From the NCBI GenBank assembly GCA_965227875.1, contig OZ245783.1, positions 4,769,929-4,833,928 on the forward strand: a stretch of DNA of 64,000 nt. Direction: 5' to 3'. Made by a program: the position numbers and the translations under genes. This document shows positions 1 to 8,911 of the stretch, in pieces. Every line of letters begins with the position of its first letter. The first letter of the stretch is position 1. The notes beneath the pieces were generated by a model. That model saw only the letters and a program-made list of their open reading frames with translations, was not told where the DNA came from and did not search any database. The stretch is from Hyphomicrobiales bacterium. Its GTDB lineage: Bacteria; Pseudomonadota; Alphaproteobacteria; Rhizobiales; JAJFHC01.

Positions 1-1
1 C

Positions 2-1531
2 GATGCGGACGCCCATTACGGCCTGGGGTTATGCCTGTCGGCGACAAAACGGCACGACGAGGCCATAGAGGAACTCCGGAAGGCCCACCAGCTTTCCCCT
101 CGCGACGCGGAAATTCTCAACGAACTGGGCAACACGATGGTGTCCGCCCGGATGTGCAAGGAAGCCGTCGAGGTCTTTCATACGGCCCTCGGGATCGACC
201 CTGCCTATCACGAAGCGTGGTTCAATCTCGGCGTGGCGCTCGCCGAACTCGACAGCTACGCCCCGGCCGATCGTGCGTTCGCGAAGGCTGAGTCCATCCG
301 ACCCGTGGACGCCAGGCTCCGCTGGAAATGGGCGCAGACCCAGGTGCGCATCGCCGAATACGAAAAGGCCATGGCCAACACCGAGGCCTCGATTGCCGAA
401 CATCCCGAAATACCTCACCCCTATTTCGTGCGCGGCATCATCCACGAACATTTCGGACGTTTCGGCGAAGCCGAGAAGGACTTCCTGAAGGCGCTGGCCA
501 TTCGCGAGGATATCCCGGAAGTCCACGAAAAGCTCACGCAAATGAGAAAGTTCGACGCAATGAACGAAACATTGCTCGAACGGATCCTCGACGACGCCGA
601 TGGCTATGCCCAGTCTTCGCGTGCTTCGGCGGGCTTTGCCCTTTATCATCACTTTCGGAAAGTCGCGGAACATGATCGCGCCTTCGACGCCCTCCGCAAG
701 GCGAACTCGATCAAGCACAGCCAGGACACGTTCGACATCGAGGAGCACACGCGTCTCATCGACGATGTCATCGGGTTCTTTTCGGCCGAATTCTTCGACG
801 AGCATCGAGGCTATGGCCACGAGACCGACAGCCCCATCTTCGTCTTCGGAATGCCACGTTCCGGAACCACACTTACCGAACAGATCCTGTCGGCCGTCCC
901 CGGCGTTTACGCCGGCGGAGAGCAGCTTGTGGTCGGCGACTTCATCAAGACCCTGGAGAAGTACCCGGACAGTCTTGCCGGACAGTCACGCGAATGGATC
1001 CGCGACAAGGCCCAGCAGGTTCTCGACGGATTGAGGCAACATGCAGGTGACGCCCCCTACGTGACCGACAAGACCCCGGGGAACTATCTGTGTCTCGGCC
1101 TGCTCGCCCTGTTGTTCCCGAAGGCGAAATTCGTGCACTGCGTCAGAGACCTGAGAGACGTCGGGTTCTCCTGTTACGAGCAGCACTTCAACGACGGTCT
1201 TACTTTCGTCTACAGTTTCGACGGCATCGCGCATACGGCACATTGCTACCGCAGAATCATGGAACACTGGAAAAGTGTCGTTCCCATAGAGATTTACGAT
1301 TCGGTCTACGAAAATCTTGTCGCAAATCCGGTCGAAGAAGGCAAAAAACTGGTGGAATTTTGCGGCTTTGAGTGGAATGATGCCTATCTGGACACGGCCC
1401 GAGTGGAACGTCCCGTCCAAACTGCGAGCGTGTGGCAGGTCCGGCAACCGATCAATACCTCGGCCGTCGCGAAATGGCGGCTCTACGAAAAGCAACTGGA
1501 ACCCCTTTTGAGCCAATTGGAAGACCTGTGA
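2..1531 (+). CDS. TPR-repeat + sulfotransferase-family protein (5' end outside window)
   Basis: The frame stays open to the window edge. Residues upstream of the first ATG at 137 (DADAHYGLGLCLSATKRHDEAIEELRKAH...) look like TPR helices. The C-terminal half has the sulfotransferase PAPS-binding loop 'FGMPRSGTTL'. Stop is TGA at 1529-1531. Confidence 0.8.
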   Translation, partial: DADAHYGLGLCLSATKRHDEAIEELRKAHQLSPRDAEILNELGNTMVSARMCKEAVEVFHTALGIDPAYHEAWFNLGVALAELDSYAPADRAFAKAESIRPVDARLRWKWAQTQVRIAEYEKAMANTEASIAEHPEIPHPYFVRGIIHEHFGRFGEAEKDFLKALAIREDIPEVHEKLTQMRKFDAMNETLLERILDDADGYAQSSRASAGFALYHHFRKVAEHDRAFDALRKANSIKHSQDTFDIEEHTRLIDDVIGFFSAEFFDEHRGYGHETDSPIFVFGMPRSGTTLTEQILSAVPGVYAGGEQLVVGDFIKTLEKYPDSLAGQSREWIRDKAQQVLDGLRQHAGDAPYVTDKTPGNYLCLGLLALLFPKAKFVHCVRDLRDVGFSCYEQHFNDGLTFVYSFDGIAHTAHCYRRIMEHWKSVVPIEIYDSVYENLVANPVEEGKKLVEFCGFEWNDAYLDTARVERPVQTASVWQVRQPINTSAVAKWRLYEKQLEPLLSQLEDL

Positions 1532-2376
1532 AACGACCGCTCCTGCTTCTTTCGATCTCGCTTGTCCTGTCCGGATGCCTCCAGTCGGAATCGGGACCCC
1601 GAAGTTTCGATATCAGCACCGTCACGGCGACGCCCGCCAGCGCCGCGCCCGAGGTAACTAAGAAACTGCTCACGGATACGAGCAATTCCTACGTCACCAT
1701 GGTCGTGTACGAAGCGTCGCTGCGTGAACTCCAGGCGTCCGACGACAAGGACCCCGAAGCGGTCACATCCGGCAGCGGTTTTGTCATCGACAACCAGGGT
1801 CACATACTCACCGCCGGCCACGTCGGCGTTTCCAAGGGCTGGTACGTGAACGTGACGGGGCCGAACGGGCGTGTCTTCAGAGGCAATGTCATGGCCATAC
1901 GTCCCGAAGCGGACATGGCGCTGATCAAGATCGCGGATCCGTCGGCCAATCTCAAACCGGTCGAGCCTGTGTCTTCCGCCTGCCTTCCGGTCGGCGAAGA
2001 CATTTTCTCGCTCGGCAAGCCGCGCCAGAAGACACACACAGCCCGTTTCGGAACCGTCGCATCGATGAGTTTCGGTCGCCCCGTAAAGTATCGCAGCTTC
2101 GGTTATCCCGACGCGATGGTCCTGCGCCTGCAGACGCGCAAGGGAGAATCCGGCGGCCCCGTCTTCGACAAGACGGGACATCTCGCCGGCATGGTCGTCA
2201 GCACGCTGTCCGACGGCACCGGACGTCATCTGGACCTCGCCCATGCAGTCACGGCGCCGATGCTCGCGGACTTCATCTGCACGACCGTCAACTGTTCACG
2301 TCAATGGCGTGCGCTCCGCGGCAAGTCGACATCGAGTTGTCCCCGCCGAACCGCGTCGGCAAGCACCCAGGGTTGA
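1528..2376 (+). CDS. Trypsin-fold (S1C/DegP-like) serine protease, lipoprotein
   Basis: GTG at 1528 overlaps the upstream stop (GTGA). Lipoprotein signal VKRPLLLLSISLVLSGC with lipobox LSGC. Triad motifs 'LTAGHV', 'DMALIKI' and 'GESGGPVF'. The ATG-1432 alternative would overlap the upstream gene by 100 nt. Confidence 0.8.
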   Translation: MKRPLLLLSISLVLSGCLQSESGPRSFDISTVTATPASAAPEVTKKLLTDTSNSYVTMVVYEASLRELQASDDKDPEAVTSGSGFVIDNQGHILTAGHVGVSKGWYVNVTGPNGRVFRGNVMAIRPEADMALIKIADPSANLKPVEPVSSACLPVGEDIFSLGKPRQKTHTARFGTVASMSFGRPVKYRSFGYPDAMVLRLQTRKGESGGPVFDKTGHLAGMVVSTLSDGTGRHLDLAHAVTAPMLADFICTTVNCSRQWRALRGKSTSSCPRRTASASTQG

Positions 2377-2445
2377 ACAGGCGGGGAAACCCGCGACGCC
2401 CTGCGGCATCTGCAGGTTTCCGATACGCTTTGTCAGTTGGGCCGA

Positions 2446-3423
2446 TCAGGCATCGGGCAGGATGACGCTTGCACCTGTCGTCTTGCGTCCTTCCAGTTCC
2501 TCGTGTGCCCGCCGCACCTCACTGAGCCCGTACTCCTGGTTGATCTCGATCTTCACCTTGCCGCTCGACACCATGTCGAACAGGTCACTGGTCGTGGCCT
2601 GCAGATCCTCGTCCGACGCCACATAGGTCATCAGGGTCGGACGGGTGACGTAGAGCGAGCCCTTCTGGTTGAGAATGCCGAGGTTGAAATTGGTCACGGC
2701 ACCGGACGCATTGCCGAAATTGACCAGCAGACCGCGCGGGCGAAGACTGTCGAGCGAAGCGTCGAGCATGGCCTGCCCCACCCCGTCATAAACGACGGGC
2801 ACGCCCACGCCGTCCGTCAGTTCCCGGACGCGGGCGGCGACATCCTCCTCGCGGTAGAGAATCGTATGGTGACAGCCGTGCGCTTTCGCAAGTTCCGCCT
2901 TTTCCGGACTTCCGACCGTACCGATAACGGTCGCGCCCAGGGCATTCGCCCACTGACACGCGATCAGGCCAACACCACCCGCCGCCGCGTGCAGCAGGAT
3001 CGTGTCGCCCGGCTGGACCTCGTAAGTCGCCCGCAGCAGGTAGCGCACGGTCATGCCCTTGAGCATCATGGCCGCCGCTGTCTTGTCGGAAATGGAGTCC
3101 GGCAGTTTCGAGACCCGGTTCGCCGGCACGTTGCACACCTGGGCATAGGCCCCGAGCGGTCCGGCCCCGTAGGCGATGCGGTCGCCCTCCGACAGACCGG
3201 TAACCCCTTCACCCGTGGCCTCGACGACGCCGGCGGCCTCCAGGCCGATCCCCGAGGGCAGCGGCAGCGGATACAGGCCTGACCTGTGATAGGTATCGAT
3301 GAAATTCAGCCCGATCGCCGTTTGCCGGACCCTTATCTGTCCGGGCCCCGGCTCTCCGGGGTCGGTATCGACCAGCGTGAGCACCTCGGGACCGCCCGGT
3401 TCGTTGAACTGCACTGCTTTCAT
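2446..3423 (-). CDS. qor: NADPH:quinone oxidoreductase (MDR / zeta-crystallin family)
   Basis: 325 aa. N-terminus 'MKAVQFNEPGGPEVL...IGLNFIDTYHRSGLYP' and nucleotide-binding 'HAAAGGVG' are typical of Qor-type medium-chain reductases. Confidence 0.85.
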   Translation of the reverse strand: MKAVQFNEPGGPEVLTLVDTDPGEPGPGQIRVRQTAIGLNFIDTYHRSGLYPLPLPSGIGLEAAGVVEATGEGVTGLSEGDRIAYGAGPLGAYAQVCNVPANRVSKLPDSISDKTAAAMMLKGMTVRYLLRATYEVQPGDTILLHAAAGGVGLIACQWANALGATVIGTVGSPEKAELAKAHGCHHTILYREEDVAARVRELTDGVGVPVVYDGVGQAMLDASLDSLRPRGLLVNFGNASGAVTNFNLGILNQKGSLYVTRPTLMTYVASDEDLQATTSDLFDMVSSGKVKIEINQEYGLSEVRRAHEELEGRKTTGASVILPDA

Positions 3424-3486
3424 GACTGTGCCTGTCTCCTTGGATCGAAAGTTGTCGTCGGATGGAGAATAGGCACAGGGCGCCGA

Positions 3487-3672
3487 TCAGACCAGCCCAA
3501 AGAGATCCGCTTCCGGCAGCCCTTCGAACGGGTGGTGCGGCGGAAGAACAGCGCTCCTGCCCTCGAAACGCGACTCCAGAGTGGAGATGAGTGAAACGGC
3601 CTCGACAATCTCGAAGCTCACGCGTGTCTCCTTCTGTCCCTGTGCGAGGGTCTCGGCTTGATGGCGGGGCAT
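3487..3672 (-). CDS. Hypothetical small protein (61 aa)
   Basis: Strong SD (GAGGAGG, 5-nt spacer) directly upstream of the ATG on the minus strand. Codons are GC3-rich. It lies 63 nt upstream of qor on the same strand. No family recognised. Confidence 0.45.
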   Translation of the reverse strand: MPRHQAETLAQGQKETRVSFEIVEAVSLISTLESRFEGRSAVLPPHHPFEGLPEADLFGLV

Positions 3673-3874
3673 GGCAACCTCCTCTTCTGCGTGGGTCGGC
3701 GTCTCATGCCTGTCGGACGCGGAGAAGACGGCCGCGGTTCAAAAAAACTGCGCCGAAGCGGCAAAAAAAATCTCGTCTGGTGATCTGGATCACATACATT
3801 CGCGGCTAGAATAGCCAGATTAGGCTTGGGCCATGGGATCTGCCCGACCGTGAGGGCTGACCGATGGTGACTGC

Positions 3875-3904
3875 TTGACACCGCAAATCGCGGAAAACGA
3901 TAAT
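3875..3904 (+). promoter_or_regulatory. Sigma70-like promoter candidate for the exported-protein operon
   Basis: TTGACA (3875-3880), 18 nt, GATAAT (3899-3904), about 60 nt upstream of the ATG at 3967. Prediction from sequence only. Confidence 0.4.
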
Positions 3905-3966
3905 TGTTGCGGGACAGCTCGTCCAAGGTAACCGTGCCGGTCATCCGGTGTTTGCGAGGCCATATT

Positions 3967-4503
3967 ATGATAACGAAAACAAAACGATCCGCGCTCACCC
4001 GCGGCATTGCCAACCGGCTCGGCGTCATCGCCGGGGTCGTGGCCATGGCGACCACCATGACTGTCGGATGCGCGTCGATGCCCGCCGATCACACGGTCAA
4101 GGCAACGGTCAGCAAGCCGGCCGCGGCGAAGTCTCGCAAGTCGTCCCGCCGGACCGCGAAAGCCGTTACGAGCAGATCCGCGAGGAGCATCTACGTGCAA
4201 CCGAAGGCACTCACCCTGAATCTGACCTACAAGGCCCGTGTGGCGGTCCCCAAGGGCAGCCGGATCAAGATCGACGTCGCGGACAAGAGCGGCCGGGTCC
4301 TCCGTACCGTGACGTCGCGGACCCTGACCGACGGGCCGCCCTATGCGGTCCGGGTCCCGATCGAAGACGTGTCGTCCTACCCGATCCGGATCAGCACCCG
4401 CCTGTCGTCCCCGGTCGGGCACGAGTTTGCCGGAAGCCTCTCGCTCACGCGTTCCCAGCTGGAAGCCAGCCAGCGGATTGACGTCAACATGGCAATCCAG
4501 TAG
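3967..4503 (+). CDS. Hypothetical lipoprotein (YbaY-like pattern, weak)
   Basis: ATG at 3967. Signal with Cys ('VVAMATTMTVGCASM'). The rest is beta-rich with a loose resemblance to YbaY-type lipoproteins. Confidence 0.6.
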   Translation: MITKTKRSALTRGIANRLGVIAGVVAMATTMTVGCASMPADHTVKATVSKPAAAKSRKSSRRTAKAVTSRSARSIYVQPKALTLNLTYKARVAVPKGSRIKIDVADKSGRVLRTVTSRTLTDGPPYAVRVPIEDVSSYPIRISTRLSSPVGHEFAGSLSLTRSQLEASQRIDVNMAIQ

Positions 4504-4532
4504 CGATGCCGGCACAGGGAGTTTGGAAAGAT

Positions 4533-5090
4533 ATGACAAGAATTACAAAGTTTTCGCTGGCGCTGGCCGTCGCAACCAGTTCGTTCCTGCTCGCTGCCGC
4601 TCCTGCGTCCGCCGGTTGCCTGGACCTCTGGACCATGGGGTACGACGACTGGCAGAAGGACAAGAAGACGAGGACCAAGTTCAGGTTCAACGAGCTTCTC
4701 GTCATATGCGTCAAGGTCAAGCAGGACTATCACATCACCATTTGGGACGCTCCTCCCAAGGGAGACTACGAACGCCTGTTTCCCAACCAGATCACCCATC
4801 CGAACAACCCCCAGGTCAAGGCCGGACAGATCAAGGCCGGAGAGACCAAGTGTTTCGGAACCAAGGACACGTTCCCGCTCTATTTCCCGAAGGAAGAAGG
4901 CAAGGGAGCAGGCAAGCTGTCGGTCGTCGCCACCAAGTCGATGGACGGCCAGGTTCCCGAAAACGACTACGCGATCCCCGGCCAGAGGGTTTCTCAGGAG
5001 AGCATGCGGCAATGGACCCGCAACTTCAGCCTCGGCGACCAGTGCAAGGCCGAAATGACGACCTATCTCGAATATTCCGTGTCGGACTAG
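4533..5090 (+). CDS. Secreted DUF4384-like protein
   Basis: ATG at 4533 follows AGGGAG. Signal peptide 'MTRITKFSLALAVATSSFLLAAAPASA'. The core 'YHITIWDAPPKGDYERLFPNQ' matches the 'LFPN' hallmark of DUF4384 as I remember it. Confidence 0.6.
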   Translation: MTRITKFSLALAVATSSFLLAAAPASAGCLDLWTMGYDDWQKDKKTRTKFRFNELLVICVKVKQDYHITIWDAPPKGDYERLFPNQITHPNNPQVKAGQIKAGETKCFGTKDTFPLYFPKEEGKGAGKLSVVATKSMDGQVPENDYAIPGQRVSQESMRQWTRNFSLGDQCKAEMTTYLEYSVSD

Positions 5091-5097
5091 GAAACAC

Positions 5098-6030
5098 ATG
5101 AACACGAACAGACACCTGGACGATCGCCGCGGAAAACAGAACTGGAGTCACACTGTGTCGGGACCGGAAATCAGAAACAGATTCAAACGCACGATCCGCA
5201 GCGCGGTTCTGGCCGTGATCGGGACGGGCATTCTCGCTCCCGCCCTCGCCGCAGAGGAATTCAGCTGCATCGAACCCAAGCAGCGCCAGGTGACCTACCG
5301 CATCGTCGGCGGACACGGCGCCAAACCCGCCGACTGGCCGTTCATCGTCGGTCTCAAGATCCGCAACAAGGCCAACTCGTTCTGCGGCGGAAGCCTGATC
5401 AACAACCAGTGGGTGTTGACCGCGGCCCACTGCACCAAACCGATCCTCGGCAAGGAATCGGCGATCGTCATTCACCGGGTCGGCCCGAGCGGCAAGTCCG
5501 ATGGACCCTCGGCGCGCATCGCGAAGATCTTCATTCATCCGAACTTCCGCAGCGACGCGAGAGGAAATCTCTTCAACGACATATCGCTCATAAAGCTCAG
5601 CCGGCCGATCCCCTTGCCCAACAGCAAACTCGCCCTGCTGCCCAAGGCATCGGTGGAACAGAAAGTCGCCAGGGACGGCGTTTGCGCCGCGGTCGCGGGC
5701 TGGGGAACCACGTCCGAGAAAGGCAGCCAGCCGACTTTCCTGCAGGAGGTGTTCGTGCCCACGCTGACGCTCGCGCAGTGCCGGTCGGGCTACGGTTCGG
5801 TGATTTCGTCCGCACCGCACCTTTGTGCGGGATACATGCCGGGCGGCAAGGACAGCTGCCAGGGCGACAGCGGCGGCCCGCTGATCGTGCGTGCCGGTCC
5901 GACGGGCTTCCTTCAGATCGGTGTCGTGAGTTATGGTCAGGGATGCGCCAGGGCGAACAAGCCCGGCGTCTACGCACGCGTGTCGACCTATCGGGACTGG
6001 ATTTTCCAGACGGTCGGACAGAACAAATGA
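5098..6030 (+). CDS. Secreted trypsin/chymotrypsin-family (S1A) serine protease
   Basis: Contains 'RIVGGHGAKPADWPF', 'WVLTAAHC', 'NDISLIKL', 'DSCQGDSGGPL' and 'PGVYARVSTYRDWI'. This is the complete canonical S1A motif set. Confidence 0.9.
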   Translation: MNTNRHLDDRRGKQNWSHTVSGPEIRNRFKRTIRSAVLAVIGTGILAPALAAEEFSCIEPKQRQVTYRIVGGHGAKPADWPFIVGLKIRNKANSFCGGSLINNQWVLTAAHCTKPILGKESAIVIHRVGPSGKSDGPSARIAKIFIHPNFRSDARGNLFNDISLIKLSRPIPLPNSKLALLPKASVEQKVARDGVCAAVAGWGTTSEKGSQPTFLQEVFVPTLTLAQCRSGYGSVISSAPHLCAGYMPGGKDSCQGDSGGPLIVRAGPTGFLQIGVVSYGQGCARANKPGVYARVSTYRDWIFQTVGQNK

Positions 6031-6059
6031 AGGCCTGAAACCGCGGAAACCCGGAGAAG

Positions 6060-6857
6060 ATGATCACGAGCAAGATACACGGCCCCGCTTCCGATGACAC
6101 AGGCGTCGCGCCCGTCCGGCGTCGCCTGCTCACCGGAATGTGCGCTGCGGTCTGCTCGTGCACGGCGGCCCGGGTGCCCGGCCTGTCCTCCGGGTTGGCT
6201 CTTGCCGCCCAGCGCCGCTACTGCCTCGACGCATCGTCCGCGCCATCGGCCAGTTCACTCAAGCCGCTGTCGGCGTTCAGCAATCCGGGGCTGGCGTTCT
6301 TCATCAACAAGGAAATCCACGACCTTCTGGGATCGTTCTTCAACCTGAAGTTCGATGTGGCGCTCGACCTCGCCGACCCGGGCGCCTACATGGCCGCGTA
6401 CGAAAAACCACGCGAAGGGCGTTACGGCGCCATCATCCTCGGTGACAGGTTCTTGCGCGAAAAGGGCAACGAGCCCTTCGGATTGCTGAAGACCGCGGGC
6501 ATCCTGTCGCATGAATGCGCCCACGTCTTCCAGGTCCGGTATGGCACGGACCGCCAGTTGCTCGGCAGCAAGGGCCAGGTGCGCATGGTCGAACTCCACG
6601 CGGACTACATGTCCGGCGGGTATATCGCCTGGCGGTCGGAGTTCCTGCGTTCCAAACCCGTGGAAGTCGCCGCGATGTTCTACAGTCTCGGCGACACGTT
6701 CGTGCACAGCAACCAGCACCACGGAACCCATTCCGAGCGTTTCAGGGCGTTCCGGGCTGGATATGAGGCATACTTCGAAATGAGAAAAACAAACCAGGGC
6801 GTAACAGTGGAGATGTTGGCAGAGAAAGGGCTGGATGATGTACTCGCTGCGTTTTAG
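6060..6857 (+). CDS. Hypothetical exported protein with HExxH metalloprotease-type motif
   Basis: Arg-rich, Tat-like N-terminus 'VRRRLLTGMCAAV'. Single 'SHECAHVFQ' (HExxH). No family recognised. Confidence 0.55.
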   Translation: MITSKIHGPASDDTGVAPVRRRLLTGMCAAVCSCTAARVPGLSSGLALAAQRRYCLDASSAPSASSLKPLSAFSNPGLAFFINKEIHDLLGSFFNLKFDVALDLADPGAYMAAYEKPREGRYGAIILGDRFLREKGNEPFGLLKTAGILSHECAHVFQVRYGTDRQLLGSKGQVRMVELHADYMSGGYIAWRSEFLRSKPVEVAAMFYSLGDTFVHSNQHHGTHSERFRAFRAGYEAYFEMRKTNQGVTVEMLAEKGLDDVLAAF

Positions 6858-7515
6858 GCAATTGCAAGGGCTGCGCAACCTGATGGCGGCGGCGGCCCTG
6901 TGCCTGGTCGGTATGGCCGTTTCCGGCGACGCCATGGCCCAGTACCGCATCAACACCGGGTGCCCGTCCATCGACCAGCTCCCCCCGAATGCCACCGCGG
7001 CCGATCTGAAGGGATGTTTTCCGACGTCCGGTCCCGCGACGCTGCATTGCGGCCAGCTCCGCGCCATCGCGCGCATATCCGTCGGCACGCCGGAAGGACA
7101 GGTGGCGCTGAACAACTACCAGCAGCAGTGTCCCAGCACGCCGCAGGGCTCCGGCTCCACGAGCACGGTCAGCACACCGACGCCACCGGTCGTGCCGCAA
7201 GGCATTTCCGTTCCCGACGGCGTCTATCAGGGATGGCGCGGCTACACCCGCCGGAACCATGGTGTGAGCCGACGGATCTGCAAGGACAACTACCAGTTCT
7301 ACGCCAACGTGATCCAGGGCTCGATCACGTTCGAGAGCGGCGGCCATACCTGGCGCGGCGTCGTGGCGGACAACGGGTGGATCCATATCGGGCGCGAGGG
7401 TGTCTGGCCGCGGCCGAAGAACCCGACCGCCATCCAGGGGCCGGCGAACCAGGCCCAGCTGTACAATGGCTACTGCGGCTGGGGTGAGTTCAGGCTTGGT
7501 CAGAAGCTACAATAG
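6835..7515 (+). CDS. Hypothetical secreted Cys-containing protein
   Basis: Signal peptide 'MMYSLRFRQLQGLRNLMAAAALCLVGMAVSGDAMAQ'. Overlaps the upstream gene by about 20 nt. Has a Ser/Thr/Pro linker. No family recognised. Confidence 0.55.
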   Translation: MMYSLRFRQLQGLRNLMAAAALCLVGMAVSGDAMAQYRINTGCPSIDQLPPNATAADLKGCFPTSGPATLHCGQLRAIARISVGTPEGQVALNNYQQQCPSTPQGSGSTSTVSTPTPPVVPQGISVPDGVYQGWRGYTRRNHGVSRRICKDNYQFYANVIQGSITFESGGHTWRGVVADNGWIHIGREGVWPRPKNPTAIQGPANQAQLYNGYCGWGEFRLGQKLQ

Positions 7516-7541
7516 GCCGACGGCGCCCGCGTTGGCCTGCC

Positions 7542-8510
7542 CTATCGCGGACAACGAGGCGCGGACGTGACCCATTTTTCTCTCGTGACCGGCCGGAAGC
7601 CCTGGGATTCGAGCAACAGATTGACCATGGTCATCTGCGTCGACGTCGCGCAGTGCTGGACCTCGATATTGTAGTAGTTGCCGGTCTGCGCGCCCCGTTC
7701 CGCAACGAGATAGTTCGAGAGCGAACAGTCGTTCCGCGCCCGTTTCACCTGTTCGTAGATCACGTTGATGCCCGCATTCGTGAAGTGGTTGACGAGCGCG
7801 GCCGCATTGCCTTCGTTCGCGGCTTCCGTTCCCGCGAGCAGGATCGCATTGTCGCCATCCGCCAGCGATCGCGTGCGAGGATTGGGCGACATGAAGCCGT
7901 GCAGCGCGCCCGCCTTCTTGCGTTCGGCGGAGATATGCCCGCGGCCGTTTCCGTGCCCGTCGTCGTTCGTGTGAAGCGACAGGAAGAGGTTGCCGGTCCC
8001 TGCGAACTCCATGACGGCCTTGGTGTAGGACGGAGACGCCACCCCGCGGCCCGTGCATTTCACTTTCGCCGACCCGAAAGCGCGGTTGGGGTCGACGCCA
8101 TTGGGCAGAATACGTTTTTCGGCATTCTCGACGGCGACAAACCCGCCGCCATAGGCGATCGCGGAATAGACGGCGGTGTCGAAGGCGGAGTCCTCGTTGT
8201 CATGGGGCACGACCCAGACCGGACCGCGCCGCCGCGCGGGGTTGGTGACGAACTGCAGCAGGACATCGGAGCCCTTGATGGTCACCGTCTCCTCGCGGTA
8301 GCACAGCCCGCCGCACCTGAACTTCTCCAGATTGACCCGTACGTCCGGATCAGACACGCGCGCGGGATTTATGCACCCGTCCGGGACGGCAAGCGGTTTG
8401 CAGGATTGTGCGGAAGCGGTGTGCGAACCGGCCAGAGCGGTCAGGACCAGTGCGGCGCACCGGAGCAGAAAACGCGATGTCACGGGCAATCTCCGTTGGG
8501 ATTCGGCCAA
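7542..8510 (-). CDS. Secreted protein, possible M14/AstE-AspA-like zinc hydrolase
   Basis: Signal 'LTALAGSHTASAQ'. Motifs 'VVPHDNEDSA', 'DPNRAFG' and 'LSLHTND' resemble the HxxE / NR / H ligand layout of zinc carboxypeptidase-like deacylases. The assignment is weak. Confidence 0.5.
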   Translation of the reverse strand: MAESQRRLPVTSRFLLRCAALVLTALAGSHTASAQSCKPLAVPDGCINPARVSDPDVRVNLEKFRCGGLCYREETVTIKGSDVLLQFVTNPARRRGPVWVVPHDNEDSAFDTAVYSAIAYGGGFVAVENAEKRILPNGVDPNRAFGSAKVKCTGRGVASPSYTKAVMEFAGTGNLFLSLHTNDDGHGNGRGHISAERKKAGALHGFMSPNPRTRSLADGDNAILLAGTEAANEGNAAALVNHFTNAGINVIYEQVKRARNDCSLSNYLVAERGAQTGNYYNIEVQHCATSTQMTMVNLLLESQGFRPVTREKWVTSAPRCPR

Positions 8511-8669
8511 TCCGCAAAGACTACATCACGAAACGGACCGCTGACAGCACCCTAACGCCGCAGGCCCGACGCTGCCCGCTCCCGCACCGCAGCCTTTTCG
8601 GTGCGGCAATAAAGAAAAATCGCGCAAATGTCCTTGAATCCCGCGCCGCACTCCCTTAGACACGGCGGT

Positions 8670-8760
8670 GGAGAGGTGGCCGAGTGGTCGAAGGCGCTCC
8701 CCTGCTAAGGGAGTAGGCGTCAAAAGCGTCTCGAGGGTTCGAATCCCTTCCTCTCCGCCA
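8670..8760 (+). tRNA. tRNA-Ser (anticodon GCU), CCA encoded
   Basis: GGAGAGG acceptor stem pairs with CCTCTCC. Anticodon stem-loop is CTCCC-CTGCTAA-GGGAG. Long variable arm (TAGGCGTCAAAAGCGTCTC), T-loop TTCGAAT, terminal GCCA. Confidence 0.92.
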
Positions 8761-8763
8761 TTT
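8744..8763 (+). repeat. attL-like direct repeat TCCCTTCCTCTCCGCCATTT
   Basis: Covers the last 17 nt of the tRNA plus 3 nt. Identical to 14425-14444. Confidence 0.85.
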
Positions 8764-8911
8764 CCCCGAAGACGTATTAGTATGAGTGATTTCAGGGTGT
8801 TAAGGATTGTGCCCTGAATGTCGGTGCCCCAAGTTGGTGCCCCAAGATTGCCACTCCCGGTCTGAAAGCCCGAGCCAACGCAGATCGGAAGTTGCCTGAA
8901 AGGCAGACGCA

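Noticed and set aside
29-820. 263-aa minus-strand ORF at the window start
   Set aside because: It is antisense to the TPR/sulfotransferase gene, which has clear motifs, so it is a high-G+C shadow frame.
2377-2445. Two short hairpins (GCGGG-gaaa-CCCGC and CCTGC-ggcatct-GCAGG) between the convergent protease and qor genes
   Set aside because: The stems are only 5 bp and lack U-tracts. They are plausible bidirectional terminators but not supportable from sequence alone.
3741-3792. A7/A8 runs flanking a short GC hairpin, plus the palindrome GTGATCTGGATCAC
   Set aside because: The hairpin stem is only 4 bp. T-runs appear only on the minus strand, where no upstream gene needs terminating. The palindrome arms are too close for a stable loop. 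The function is unclear, and this was not called as a terminator or sRNA.
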